Both the position numbers and the translations under genes were made by a program. Source: Octopus bimaculoides (Eukaryota). From it: a stretch of 64,000 nucleotides of DNA. The stretch is taken from NCBI RefSeq assembly GCF_001194135.2, contig NC_068981.1, positions 55,299,632 to 55,363,631 on the forward strand. The letters run 5' to 3'. This document shows positions 39,092 to 53,337 of this stretch, one piece after another (the first letter of the stretch is position 1; each line of letters starts with the position of its first letter). Under the pieces are notes generated by a model, which saw only the letters and a program-made list of their open reading frames with translations, was not told where the DNA came from and searched no databases.

Positions 39092-39914
39092 CTAAAATGT
39101 CAAAAAAAAAAAAAAAATTCAGAAAATGGATGCTAATATAAAACAACTTCATTTCATTTCAAGTTTAAAAGAAACAAACAAGAAAAAACAATAAAAAAAT
39201 ATTAAAAATTATATTTCAAGATGAAACTTACATCCAGAATAAACAATGAAGAGAGTATAAATGAAGCAGTTAGGGTCATACTCTGATTCCACTAGTGATA
39301 GTTTAAGGTTCAACAACTGGATCCTTTTGTTGCAATTAATGGCTAAAATAGTTTTTAACTTTCAAGGTACTACAAACATCACTTGCAAGCAAGTATGGCT
39401 TGGTAAGCATGTACAATTAGCCTTTGCTAATTGTTGTAGATGCAAACAAACACAGACATCCTTTCAGCTTTCCAACTCATGATGCAGTGATACACTAGGA
39501 TATAACAGCTGAATGGAGAGAGGGCTGCATTAGCACTAGGCTGGTACTTTTTATTGGTCCTGAAAGGACAAAAAATAATGTGGGTCTCAGTGGGATGTAA
39601 ACTTAGAGCACAGAGAGATGGAACAAATGTCGCAACATATTCCATCTGACACTCTAATGACTCTGCCAACAGACCAACTTAAACTTTCGACCAAAACAAA
39701 TTTTTATATCCTTGTATTGGATATATAATATAACAAAGCAAGGTGGGGGGAAGAAAGTATTTACATGATGCACTACTATTACTATTACATGAGACTCAAA
39801 GCTTTATATCAATGGCTCACAATGAACTGCTTACCAACTCGAACTCCTGATGACTTGACAGAAATGTCTCAGCCCCCTTTAAGTCATATGGGGATGGTCA
39901 GGATCCTTTCACAT

Positions 39915-42900
39915 CTCCCCTTTTTAGAATCAGTCTCCCCTATCTTCTCTTTTGAGAATTGAACTCCGCTCTGAGTTTTAATAACTCTTACACTTAGGGT
40001 TCAATTATAGTGTTTCTGTTCTTTTCCATTTTCTGGTACCAGAACATATAGTCACAAACTGTTTGGATATTGGTACCTCAAACGTGTTGTACAATACTTC
40101 CATGGGGATTTCATTTCTCATGACTGTTTATTCCGTGAATCTTTTGTTAAACATTTTTTCCTTTTACCAGGAAAAGCATTCTTCCAGTTTGTTTAATAAT
40201 TACACCATCCTCCCAGCTTTCTTTACCATATCTATAGGTTTAAAAAAAAACTTTGTCACTTAACTTGAAGAATTTTGAAGAATTTTTGTTATTCACATTT
40301 TTTTTATTTTCACTCAGTATTAGCTTGTCAAAGATAGATCTGACCTTTCTTCAGATCAGGTGTTACTTGGTACACTCTAAGAAATTATTGAGGTGCAATA
40401 TCGTCCATAACTTTACGGTTCGCTTTTATCAATGCTCTCTTGAAAATGTCAACAAAATGCTCTGCTTGTCTATTTGACCTATGATGATACAGCACAGTGG
40501 TCACATGTTCAATAACAAACATTTTACAAAATTTTCTGAACTCGTCAAACATAAATTGAGTTCCATTATCAGATACAATAGTATCCAGAATACCATATCT
40601 GATGAACAATTTGTGTAAAAAACTTATTGCAGCTGCAGTTGTTGGCTTTTTGCATTTATGCACTTTCAGTCACTTTGAAAAACTGTCTACTACAACAAGG
40701 TAATATGAACTCTTAAGTGGACCTGCATAAGCAACATGCAGTCTGGCATATGGAACATGTTTTTGGCCATGGTTGCCATTTAGTGGTAGGCGCTTTTGCA
40801 GCTAAGGCACACCCTCTGTATGCTTTCACTGATTCTTCAATGTCACAGTCCATTGTTGGCCAACTTCTCATTAATGATTTCATTCTTGGAATCCTTGGGT
40901 GACCAATGTGAAATTTCTTTAGTAATTGCTTCTGTAGTGTGGCTGGCACTACAACTCTTTGTGCAATTATCAATCCATTGTCACTCAGTGAGAAATGGTT
41001 CACATTTGTGTTGCACATATTTTTATCACTTGTAGCCTTCAGTATTTTTTTTTTTCATTTTTATAATGAAATTATTGTTTTCCAATTTTAATTTTGTCAT
41101 GTAAAGTAACCTACAGTTCAAGAATGACGATACACAAAACATTTTCAATTTCATTTTTCACTCACAAAGCAGCAATCATGATATCTTCAAATGGTTCCGC
41201 ATTTTTTAAAATCAGTCTTGATGGACAATCCACACAACCTAAATTCATGAAATCATAGCAACCTATTAACAGTATGGATAGGAATTCCTTTCTTTGACCC
41301 AAATATTGTTAATAATGGATGATCTGTCTGTAGACAAAAACTTTTACCATACAAAAGCCTGCGAAAATTTTTTCACGGTAAAAATAATCACTAGAGCTTT
41401 TTTCGATTTGACTGTAATTTCTCTCTGTTGATATCAGAATATGAAGCATGAATCACCACCTTCATGCTACCATCTTTATGTAGCATCACAGCTCCTATAC
41501 TGTATTCAGAAGCATCTGAAGCTATAAAAATCTCTACTGCAGGATCGAAGTGTGCTAATGATAAATCAGATGTTAGTATTTTTTAATTTCATCAAACGCC
41601 TTTTGGCAATTTTCTGACCAACTCCATTTCATATCTTTTTCAGCAGATTATTCAAAGAAACTCTCACCTTACGCATATGTGGAATATAATTTTGGTAACA
41701 ATTTGCCAATCCTAAAAATGCTTGTATAGTCATTATATTTGTCAGAGGAGGCATATTTTTAATTCTTTTGATACCAACCGAGCCATAGCCGGGTGAAAAA
41801 TTTTTTCGGTCAAATGACCAACCCAGCCCAGGAAACCTATTGTTATTTAAATGTGAATTTCAGCAGAAATTTCATTAGTACATTTGTGAAAACACATGAT
41901 TTCACTTTGTAAATAATTGAGTTATAATATCCGACATTGTTTGACATGATATCTGAACTCTGTGAATTTTGGGAGATCTTTTTCCACATTTTTTCAACTT
42001 TTAAGATGGATAGGAGTTTCATGCTATCAAACAGTGATTCAGAATTTGAGGGATTTTCAGTGGAAGATATGGAGCAAAAGTATGAGTGAACTACAAAAGC
42101 ATGTGGTGTATGAGAATGAATCGGATATTTCTGTATTTGAAACTGAAAGCAGCAATTCTGAAGGAACTGAAAGCAGCAATAGCGACAGCGAGGACAATTT
42201 TACACCTGAATGGAGTAAGAAGTTAAAAAATACTTAAACAATTTTTCTGAGGAGACTGGATTTACTTATAGTCTTCGTCAGGAAGTGGTTAAACTTTTTT
42301 TTATAATTTTTTACATTAAGTTTGTTAGAAGCCAGCACTGCAGAAACAAATCGTTATGCAAAATGTAAATAAACTGGAAAAAAAGATAGTTTGTGGTTTC
42401 CCATAAGCGTAGAAGAAATATGGGCATTTTTTTGCCATAAATATTATTGTAGGTATAAGACAATTACCCAGAATTGCAAATTACTAGAGCAATCAGGAAC
42501 CTTTTGACGATCGGTACGTTTCTAGTGTTATGTCAAGGACACGATTTATGAAATTGAACCAGTATTTACATGTGAGAGACACTAGCAGTACTCCAGTACG
42601 TGGAGAACCAAACTTTGATCCCTTATTTAAAATAAGACTCCTCATCGACTGCATTCAAAATGCATATAAAACACTTTACAACCTGGATAGATACCTATCC
42701 GTCAATGAGGGCATGGTGGGGGATAAAGGAAGGGTACACTTCCAACAATATATGCCAGGAAAGCCCACGAAATAGGGGATCAAAGTTTGGAAAATTTGTG
42801 ATGCAAATACTGGGTACTACTGTGGGTTTAGTTTTTATACTGGGAAAAGAGGCAATAATGTTAGTATGTCTACATCAACAAAGAAAAACTTCCAGTGGGC

Positions 42901-45250
42901 AACCAGTTGAAACTTCTTTCCAATGTGCATTCTACAAGGATACAGTATGTAGAGTGGGATGTTTTACAAATTTCCATGACAGTAATATTGTGTGAATATT
43001 GTATACATGTATGATTAGATTGTATAAATATTTTTCAAATTTACTTCATTTTTACTTTTACCTGTAATTTTAATTTGCCTGTAAGGTGAGTGACAAGTTT
43101 TGATTTAATTTCTTCTATTGTAAATCTTTATTATATATATTCTTGTGTATTCATGTATATGTGTAAGTTTATTTCATTTAGTTGATGTATTTAATTTTCT
43201 AGTTTTTATCAAAAACAAATTCCAGTATTTCATTTTTATTTTACCTTTACCTGTTCTTATGTGCATTAAATTCAACTGATAATCTAGTAATGTACACAAT
43301 TTTCCTATGTTATAATTTTGCTGCATAGCTCATTGAATATTAACTGATGGCTCATTTTCTATGATGTTTAAGCAAAATATAAATATTTTTATATTTTTCT
43401 GTATTTACCTGTAATGAGAGTCACTTTGAGACAAAAGTTATGCAATAGAATTGATTAAGAATCCTTTCTTCAATTATGTTCCAAATATCACATTAATATG
43501 TTGATAAGTAAAAAAGTTACTGTTGTTTAATGAAACTAGTCTAAATTCATAATTATTTTAGAATCTAATTGAAACTCATGAGGGGTGTATTTGGGTTAGA
43601 AATACAGTAACGAAAGATGTAATTGTGTTTGGCCATGACAGGTCTATTCAACGTCCATTTCTGTCAATGATTTGTCCTAAATATCTTATTTTTGGTACAA
43701 AAAATTCACACTTTTCACTCAAAGTAAAGCCGTAATCCCTAACTTTTTCAAATACATTTTTACATTCTCTGTGTGTTGATCCCTAAATTCACTTTTAATG
43801 AGTATATCATCCAGATATGGACTTGCAAATTCACAGTCTGCTAACATTGCATCCATAATCTGTTGAAAAATCACTGCTGCGACTTTTAAGCCAAATGGTA
43901 ACCTGTTGTATTTATACAGTTCTTTATGTGTGTTAATTCTAGGTATGCATCAGAGAGATCTAATTTAGAAAACATCTTGCCACCATTTAATTTCGCAAAA
44001 ATATCCTCCGGAGTAGATAGCGAATGTTTTAAGACATTCATTTAAGCCAGTGGAAAAAGCAGCACACATACTGATTTTATTATTCTTTTTCTTAACGTAA
44101 ACAGTTGGTGATGCTCATTGACTATATTCCAATTCTTGGATAACTCCAATTTTTTCTAGTCTCTCTAAGTTTATCTGTCCTAATACTGCAAACAGTACAG
44201 TTCATTTTTGTTTAAATACTTGTATGGCGTTTTCTTTCTTTTTTTTTTTTTTGAAACCATGCCTTTGTTTTGGTACACAGACCTAATTTATTAGACAGAA
44301 CTTCAGGAAAAATATTAAAAAATTTTCATTTTTCAATTCATCTAACGACTTATTTGTACTGGAGGAAAAACCATTCATATTTTTACAGAAAAGATTTATG
44401 GAGAAGTCCCATAAGTTAAATAATTCCATCCAGTCCATACCAAATAAATTTGTGGTATTATATAACACAAAAACTTCAGCTTTTTAGGTTTTTTCACGAA
44501 ATGTTATGTTACTTATAAATATATTATTCTTTTTTTTCCCCAGAAACACCATGGGCAATTTTTGAAGTTGAGGTCTCCCACTTTTTTTTCCAGATATCTG
44601 TGTTAATTATTGAGATGTCACTGCCTGTATCCAATTTTAACTTGATGTCTGTGCTATTAATTTTTACATATGCAAATTTCTTTTGAGGCTCATTTCTATT
44701 TTTTATCACCAATAACCCATTTACATGATTTTTTCTGTTGAACCATTTTTTATGTTTTGTCCTACAGTGCAACTTTTTATGGCCTATTTTACCACACTTG
44801 AAGCATTTCATATTTTTAAATAGACAGTTATTTTTAAATAGACAGTTATTTTTAAAATGTACACCACTGCACCCATAACATGGATTCGGTCTTAACATTT
44901 TTTTCTCTTGTTTCTTATTCATTACCAGTCAACATGCTTGAACCTGAGAGCAATCTTTCTCTTCAATTTTATTTGTGCCATATCTTAGATTAATAATCCT
45001 CTGACATTCTTCTGCTACTGCCAGCAGAGTTAAATTTTGATAATATCCGGGAACATATATTTGCATCTTTGCTTGCAGTAACACCTTGAACATAAATTAA
45101 ACACTTGAACATGTCTGAGGGCAACTCATTCAATCTGAATTTCTCACACTCTCTGTTAACCACTCCAGTAGATGACAAAATCTTCATCAGCTTTTTTGAC
45201 CAAATTTAAACATTGCCTGCGAGTATTGGTTAAGCCAATCTGGTTGAGTA
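39915..45250 (-). mobile_element. Decayed Ty3/Gypsy LTR retrotransposon (gag Zn knuckle, protease, RT, RNase H, integrase)
   Basis: CFKCGKIGH (CCHC), LDTGSDISII (protease), YLDDIL and GQIIDRNGR (RT), ASDASEY and LQTDHPL (RNase H), HIGHP..C..C and TIVSDNGTQF (integrase). PPT-like AAAAAGGGGAGA followed by TG at ~39926-39913. Many stops and frameshifts. Confidence 0.9.
41763..43618 (+). mobile_element. piggyBac-like DNA transposon remnant nested in the Gypsy RT
   Basis: Acidic N-terminus, ETNRYA, MSRTRFMKLNQYLHV..DPLFKIR..LSVNEGM..QYMPGKPTK*GIKVW. TTAA at 41759-41762 and GTAA at 43619-43622; degenerate TIRs. Confidence 0.85.
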
Positions 45251-46066
45251 TCAGATCTAACTATTGGTGCTATACAATAGTGCTTTGAGCATGCAGACCA
45301 GATATATGTTTATATCCTAGCAGTTTAGGTTTCACAGAACTAGGCTTGCTTCATAAGAAAAGGACTGGTATAAACATTCACTGAATGTCCCATCACTGTT
45401 GGTAAGGACGATGTTACATTTACATCCATGTATACATGTACAGTGTTTGAATACATAGGAATACTATGTACAATGTTTATAATCATAAACACAAAAACAT
45501 AACAATGCTCAATACTTTCAGCGTCATAAGATTTTCCCACTTAATTTAACTATTAAGATAAACTAGAACCAGCTGATTGCATCCTTTTGAAATACTGTTT
45601 TTCCATGAGGAGATGCTGCAAGAAAGACACATATGGCATGCTATTTCATAAACACTTGTTGTATAAGCATTTATACACAAAGATATATAACTGCTTCATA
45701 CATAGATATATAAATGTTTCACACATACACTCTACATATTTTGACACGTTTTCCTGATATTAAGCTGGTATTCCAGTTGGATCTAAGATCTATCTGTAGT
45801 GAATCAGCAACAGCATTGGAACTTCCTGAAAACTTTAAGTTCCTTGAGACTGTGTTAACAAAATGTGTTCTCTTCATACGAATGTAAAAGTAAATCATTC
45901 ATCATCATCAATGTTTAAGGTCCACTTATCCATGCCTGCATGCAGCAATCAGAATTTATTGGGCTTCCAAACAAGATAATATTTCATATTTCATGGAAGA
46001 GACTGGGAATGAACAATATCACTTGTATGATGGTGATGCACATTTACATGGACTCACACACATATA

Positions 46067-46123
<57 letters not shown>

Positions 46124-46139
46124 GTATATATTTATTATA

Positions 46140-46312
46140 CACACACGCAACAAGCTTCTTTCAGTTTCTGTCTATCAAATTCATTCATATGGTTTTGGTT
46201 GGCCTGAGTTTATAGTAGAAGACACTTGTTCAAGGTACCATGCAATGAGACTGAATATGAGACCTCATGTTTGGGAAGCAAGCTTCTCAACCACACAGTC
46301 AAGCCTGCACCG
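46140..46312 (-). mobile_element. SINE family A, 5' half
   Basis: Degenerate match to the family A head and body. Confidence 0.7.
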
Positions 46313-47127
46313 TTGTAGTTGGTAATTTGTGTAGCTTATCCACTTTTAGCATGGAAAGCGGACGTTAAACGATGATGATGATGATGATAAATGTCTAATA
46401 TATTCTATTTCTTTCTATTCGTCCACATCCATTGTAAATCTAGCATAACACTGTATTCATGTAATTCTTCAATTGTAACATTCCATTTAATTTATATAAG
46501 CTACTTGTTATATCTATGTACCAAGCTTATACTATTCAGGTTATTCTATATTTAACAATATTTTACTTCTACCAAAATATTTATAGCTATAAACAAACTA
46601 TTATTTCTTCTTTTTATTCTAACCATCCATTAGTATTCAATCCTCTTACATGCTTTCAATACATAATGCAACATTCACATCTACAATTTGCCTCAATCAT
46701 TATGCAACTTATATGCAACCAAAATGATTGTTTAAATATATTTTGTATTTGTTTTCTCATATTAACAGAGTATAGCATTTTGCAAATGAATTAGTGAAGT
46801 AAAATATCTTAGAGCAGGATACACCTACTTCTTGCCATTAACTCCTTAATTTTGATAATGAAATTATTTTCAACACAGCAGACTAAGATAAGCTGAGTTA
46901 TGAATTTTTTACCTTGAAGCACAGTACAACACAAGGTTTAAACACAATATTTCAGCATCGCAACCTCGCAACCAATGTGTCATTAATTATATATGTTTAT
47001 TAAACAAAACAAAATTAAATTACATTCTTTTATGATTACCATTCAGACTTCTGCTTTTTTACATTTAAGATCAAAGTCGAAATTAAAACAGTTATATTCA
47101 AGGAAGTTATAAATAATATATTCTCAC

Positions 47128-47772
47128 CTCTTCATCCATATCATATTCTATTTCTTCATCCAATTCCTCTGATGATTTCTCAATGTATCGATAATAGGAC
47201 AGAGGCCTAGGACGAACATTCGACGGTTTTACATAGTCTTCAACAACTTTGAATTGGGCTTCTGGTAATTTAATAGCAACATGTCCATTGCTCACCTCCT
47301 TTTTTAATTTTTGATTTTCAGGGTGTTTATTGTTATTCACCTTTTGGGGTGATTTTTCACCTTTTTCTTCCTTCTCAGCATTGCTCTGGTTGTCAATCTC
47401 ATCCTGTGAGATAATTTCCAAAGGCTCATAAATATTGATGCGATGAACCTTTCCTTCTAAGTCCACTTCCACCAATCTCTGTGCATCAGCGTAAGATAGT
47501 GTGTCTCTGGATTGAGTCCGGAAAAACTCAGGAGGTGTTGGCGACCTTCGATTAGCCCGATGGTGCCATTTATTCTTACGCTTTGCTTTCTTGTTGGAGT
47601 GAGTAGGAGGCACAACATTTTCTGGGTTTTCATGATCAAAATTATATAAATGAAATTGGATACCACAGAAACTTTTATAGACACGACCACAATCTTTCAC
47701 TGGGCATTCATAAGGTGGTTTTGTGGCCTTTAAGTTTTGTACGTAAGTTTTCACATCAAAATCAAAAACCAT
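47128..47772 (-). CDS. BRPF1: Peregrin/BRPF1 ortholog, first coding exon (215 aa): N-terminal C2H2 finger and start of the EPC-like/MOZ-binding region
   Basis: MVFDFDVKTYVQNLKATKPPYECPVKDCGRVYKSFCGIQFHLYNFDH...SYYRYIEKSSEELDEEIEYDMDEE closely matches the recalled BRPF1 N-terminus. ATG at 47772; phase-0 donor GAG|GTGAGA at 47127. Confidence 0.96.
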
Positions 47773-47848
47773 GTTTGTGTATCAGTCTCCATTTCATTAA
47801 TAACGCAAATTCCTAACAATGGCAAACATTGATCCAACTGGAAACAAC
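47773..47848 (-). promoter_or_regulatory. 5' UTR part of the first coding exon, containing three upstream ATGs
   Basis: Acceptor tttctattgcag|G at 47849/47848, with an alternative AG 11 nt downstream. uATGs at 47829, 47797 and 47792. Confidence 0.7.
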
Positions 47849-48114
47849 CTGCAATAGAAATTATAATGAAATCAATAAGTTAATAATGACTCGTGTAAAA
47901 CATCTATAATATTGAAGCAATAATAATCTAGAAAAGTTACTAACATACAAAACTATGGTTGCATGCTAAATATTTGAAGTAACTAGAAAACAAAAATAGA
48001 AAATAGCTCTAAGTAGTTAATTTTTCAATCGACAAGATATGCTGCCTTTGTTTCAACTAATTTAAAATCAATGAAGAATTTAGTAAAACAACTGTCGTTA
48101 TTAAACTACATTTT

Positions 48115-48310
48115 GGAGCCTGGTGTTGCCATCCAGTTTCACCAGTCCTCAGTCAAGTCGTCCAACCCATGCTAGCATGGAAAGCGGACGTTAAACGATG
48201 ATGATGATGATGATGATTTTGGATCATCATTGTCATCATTTAATGTTCATTGTCCATGTTGGCATGGGTTGGACAGTGACCAGAGCTGACAAGCTGGGGC
48301 GGGGTAAGCC
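48115..48310. mobile_element. Tail-to-tail pair of short RTE 3' ends joined through (GAT)n/(CAT)n
   Basis: ...GGACGTTAAAC(GAT)n tttgga (TCA)n TTTAATGTTCATTGTCCATG... Confidence 0.8.
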
Positions 48311-49897
48311 ATCTGACACATCTTTAATTTCCAGTTCCTTTGCAATTATGCTTTAGTATCATGCCTCAAGTACCAGCAATGTGGTCAGAAAAAATTCAGG
48401 CAATGAAAGACAGTACATCTATGATAAAATACAAACTCATAACCTGTTAGTCAACAATCTAACTTGGTTAATGAAATTTCTGACTGAGTATAAAGTTAAT
48501 TTTACAATGGAGGGTTAATATTGTCAAATGAATCAACTAGTTTAGAGAGGAAGAATTTCTATTGTTACCAAACTTTTCAGTGTCTCCATTACCAACAAGG
48601 CTAATCTCTCTGAACCCCTTACAAACTATTGACCAATTGCTCTCACTTCCAGCATTTCAAAAGTTAAAGTAAATGATTACAACACCTTCTTAGTGACTAT
48701 CGGATCAACTACAGACTTGTTGCACTAAACATCAACAAAGCTTTACCTAAAGTTGTCCTACAGTCTACATCCACTTCTGATTCCTTAGACTGGAGTCTTC
48801 CTGCAACATATGCCAATGGGATTCTCTTTGACTCACAATTTACTAACTCTGGTATATTCCAAAGTTTGGTTATGGTCTACCCCACATTTCATTCTGTACA
48901 TTATGGAAATACTTTACCACAAATGGTACAACCATTCACTCTTCATTAACCTGCACGCACAGCTTCAACACCATATGCAAGACATACACTGCTTTCATAA
49001 ACAAAGGCTTTGAGAACATTTTTCAATCGGGAATCTTTTAACAACACTAAGACACATACCAAGAAAATGGACTTTACCTCACTAGCTATTCACAAACAAC
49101 ACAAATAAACCTTGAAAGTAATTGTTAATCTTTGATGATCACACATGGTAACCCCACATGTATGACATTACCTAAATCACATAACAAAAATTAGGAAACC
49201 TTATCAGAATTAGAAAATCTTGATCAGTTGCTGACCTACAAAGCTCAACTAAGATTACTCACATAGAGGAAACTGTTGCTGTACAACATATATGGATACA
49301 GGGATCAAAATGAAGGCTATTTGACTAGCTGACAATCATTTACTTACAACATGCTACAACCACAAGATGTCAGACACAAAATTTCCCTTTTGCTTTTTCT
49401 AAAGAGTGAAAGCAAGTAAAATATAGTTTAATTTTTTATATCTTTAGCTGTTCTGTCATTTTTTATTGGGTTTTCTCCTGGCATGCAAATAAAGATTTCA
49501 GTAGCTTTTACAATTAAAATAAGCTAACTGTAAGTTTATTTTCCTCAGTTCATAAAATGAACATTTACGGTTACTATGGAATTAAATTAAAACCAAAGTT
49601 TTCATAATTAACTCTAAAGTTGTATAATAATAAATCTGAAATTAATATAGTTTACAATTTAAACATAAATTGAAATATCTCTTTCAAATTATACTACCTT
49701 TCCACTGATTTTAAAAATCAATCATACTAAGAATTTATCTAATTCCATTTGATCTTATACTTGAATTAAAGAAACTATTTCCTACAAAGTTGCTTTCCTG
49801 TGTAGATTATTGAAACACAAGAATAACTGAATAAATTAGTGGAGGTGAATCATATAACATTATTTCTTCAATGATCAACTAACTGTCATTAAGATAT

Positions 49898-50168
49898 GCT
49901 GTATAAATTTTCATACTGACATACAACCAACTCCACAGTGTCCTGTGATGGAGTTGGAACTGTCATAGTTGTAAAAAGTATCTCACAATAATTATTTTGG
50001 TTATAGTCATTTTTTTAAAATAATAGATTGACGAAATCATGGTGACTTGTATCACATTCTACTCTTGTAGTCCACACACACACACACACATACAATGCAT
50101 TCAAAGTTGACTTGCTACTTTTTGCCAGTTTGCAAAGAAGGTGCTGCCTTAGGTCAAGGACACTTATA
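49898..50168. repeat. 271 bp direct repeat, copy 1
   Basis: No difference seen from 51309-51579, including (CA)9. Confidence 0.93.
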
Positions 50169-50419
50169 AGTAAGAAATGAAAATATGTTGCACTCATTTG
50201 AGTTTCACATTAACTGAAAATATCTAATTTACTGAAGACTTTTGTTTACAGAGAAAAATTGAATTAATCACTGCAGCAGTGTTTTGTCTGATATACAGCT
50301 TCAGAATATTAAATGGCATTTAAATGGTTTCATACTCTATTTGACAATAATAATGAATGCTATGTGGGTGACTAAAACAGTCTTTTATCTTTTACTCTTC
50401 AACTATGTCATTTACTGAA

Positions 50420-51180
50420 TCATTGAGTGTAATCTTGAGAAAATTGTGGATGTCACTGTGAGATGAGATTTCATCTGACCTTTACTATGCTGACAACCTC
50501 AACAATAATTGACAACTACATGAGTATCCAATCACTCACTGAACATCTTAGTGTGTATACCTCACATGTTTGTGTGAAAATCAATGCAGCCAAGACAAAA
50601 ATGGCATCCATCATATCCAATGGCAATACATAGCTTCTCAACAATAAAACATCTACTCTTTGTATTGGATGTGTGTATATACTTTCAGTATTTTTTACTG
50701 GATTCATGCTGGGACACTGCCCTGAAGGGTTAGTCAATCATAGTGATTCATTCCGAAAGGACTTCTCTGGCCCTACCATTAATTAGTCAGATTTACAATC
50801 CATTAATCTTCTTAGCCCACTATTCCTGAGAGGGTCAAGGAAACAGAGTCCTCAGGCACCTCCTCCTTAGAGTCTTATCAGAAGCAAGTGTCATTAAATT
50901 TTCTGATTGGGTTTCCAAGTATGACCAACTGAGACCATGGATATTATCCAGCCATCTCCTGCCAACTAGCCCAGCTTGAAGAATCCATCTAGAGATTCTT
51001 TCTGGTGACTTTCTAATCAAGTATCCATAGTACTGGAGATGTGATCTCTCAATGCAGAGAAATAATGGCATGATCTGATCTCTAAGCTAAGCATCCTGTT
51101 GAATAATATTACTCTGGTGATCCTTCAGAGGAATCCCATTTCAGCTGCTTGTATTCACAACTGTACTCTTTCAGTCAGTA
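50420..51180. mobile_element. Two old LINE remnants (plus-strand RT piece, minus-strand RTE C-terminus)
   Basis: Plus: YADNL and KINAAKTKM. Minus: PLFLCIERSHLQYYGYLIRKSPERI...RRWLDNI. Confidence 0.55.
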
Positions 51181-51308
51181 AACCTACAAAGGATCCAGGT
51201 TGATTATGTTAACCTTTTAGCATTCAAACTGCCCATATCCGGCCAAAATATTTTACCTGTTTTATCTTCAAATAAGCTAAGTTGTGTCTCTTACATTAAT
51301 AACTCTGG

Positions 51309-51579
51309 GCTGTATAAATTTTCATACTGACATACAACCAACTCCACAGTGTCCTGTGATGGAGTTGGAACTGTCATAGTTGTAAAAAGTATCTCACAAT
51401 AATTATTTTGGTTATAGTCATTTTTTTAAAATAATAGATTGACGAAATCATGGTGACTTGTATCACATTCTACTCTTGTAGTCCACACACACACACACAC
51501 ATACAATGCATTCAAAGTTGACTTGCTACTTTTTGCCAGTTTGCAAAGAAGGTGCTGCCTTAGGTCAAGGACACTTATA
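51309..51579. repeat. 271 bp direct repeat, copy 2
   Basis: No difference seen from 49898-50168. Confidence 0.93.
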
Positions 51580-53337
51580 TGGTGCCCTATGGGCAGTATG
51601 TTAAGTTGACTAATTCATCCTTCACTTCCTGAGTTAATTACTTCTGTCAGTTTTATCACTGCTCAGATGATGCCTCTGTCAATATTTATGTACTCTTGAA
51701 CCAAGAGAATCTTACAATTTTGTCTACTCCAATGAATCCCTGGAATATTGGTAATGCAGTTATCTTGCCTTGTTCCAGCACACACCAGATTGACTCAATC
51801 AACAAAGTACCTAACACAATGCACAAGACTATATTTGCAGAGCTTTTAATGAACAGCCAGAATCAAAGCTGAAGAAGAGACGTTCTATGCATCAGGATAG
51901 CAATATGATTCAGCTATTGCTAAACAGATTATCCATGTATCAATTATCCTAAGAGGGTTATTTTCAACTGCATGTCATGCTTCTTGCACATTCTAATGCT
52001 GATGTAGTGACTAACTTTTGGAAAGTTGTATTTTTGAATCCAACTAGTGCAAAGCAGTTCTGTCTTCTCATTAGATAAGAAGCATCCCACCAATACACAT
52101 TCTGTCCAGATAAGTTGATTACATGCAGGTGTTTTCACAAATATTTACAAGATTGCTGGGATTCAATTTCCTGTAACAGAGCTGAATTTGTGTTCATTCC
52201 CATCAGAAAAAGCATTCCAAGAAATGTAATATAATGAAGGTGGTGTTGCCCTATTAATGTCCATACTTTGTTTTGTAAACTTTTTGTGAGGATGACCACA
52301 AAGTTGAAGAAACTACTCAACAAGCTTTGTTGCTTAACACAAGGTTTTTGTAGAATCCACATCACAAACGAAAGCACTGATGCAACTACATATCTTCACT
52401 ACTGCTCAGAATCAATAGATGTTCATATCATTTCGATCACTGGTGTGTACAGATGACACTGAAATTTCACTCATTATTTTCTCCAAGTCAAAACTCTCCA
52501 TCCTTAATTAAATCATTAATAAAGAAATCATTAATAAATAATATCACTGATTTCTAAGTCTTTGCTTAGTGTCATTACCATGACACTCAAAAATTGAAGG
52601 AATAAAAAATCTGAATTCACTCAAACAATAAATGTATACAATACAAACAGAGAAATCCTCTGACAGGATGTTCTTTCTAAAATGAAGCTAAATTTCGTTT
52701 CTTGCATAGAAAAGTCCTTCATTCCTGTTTTACAAACCCAAGCAATGGTTGTAATTACTTGCAATAAAGAACTGGGTTAATGTTTGTGTTGCCAGCAATC
52801 TTCTACTGAATGAATATTTGCCTTGCCATTATTTCAGCCGTTTTCTATTTTGTAGGTATCAAAGACCAGAATAGCCTCATCAAAAACTACTATCAAACTG
52901 AACAGCCTGTCATTGAATTGTTGTCAAGATCTCTAGCTGTGGTGGTTGTCTCAGATTTCTTTTCCATCAGTTGGTACAAAGAATATTTCATTCACAATGG
53001 CAAGCATGCTGAAGATGTTTCTGCTGCACAAACATGTTCCTCAAATATTGGTGCCTTGTGCATTTTGAAAATTTCCTGATATAAACATGGCATTGTTCTG
53101 CTTCCTGATACCTGTAGAAACCGATTCATTCAGTAAAATACACACTATAATTTTCTGGCCACTTTTGTCCACATTCGGAATTTCTACAAACATCTATCAT
53201 GAAGGAGTGAAGTTAATCCCCTTCTGCATCAAAGGAGGGATTCCCACTTAATGTCATACTCTTAGTTGTATCTCAAGGTGTTTTTGTGGTGTATGAGTAA
53301 GGACATTAAACTGTTGAGAGGCATGAAAACTCTAGTG

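Noticed and set aside
39760-45600. Paired LTRs and PBS for the Gypsy element
   Set aside because: A PPT and candidate 3' LTR start are visible, but no matching 5' LTR or convincing PBS could be found by eye.
51600-53250. Possible decayed DNA-transposon coding remnant
   Set aside because: It looks coding-derived, but no motif is clear enough to assign a family.
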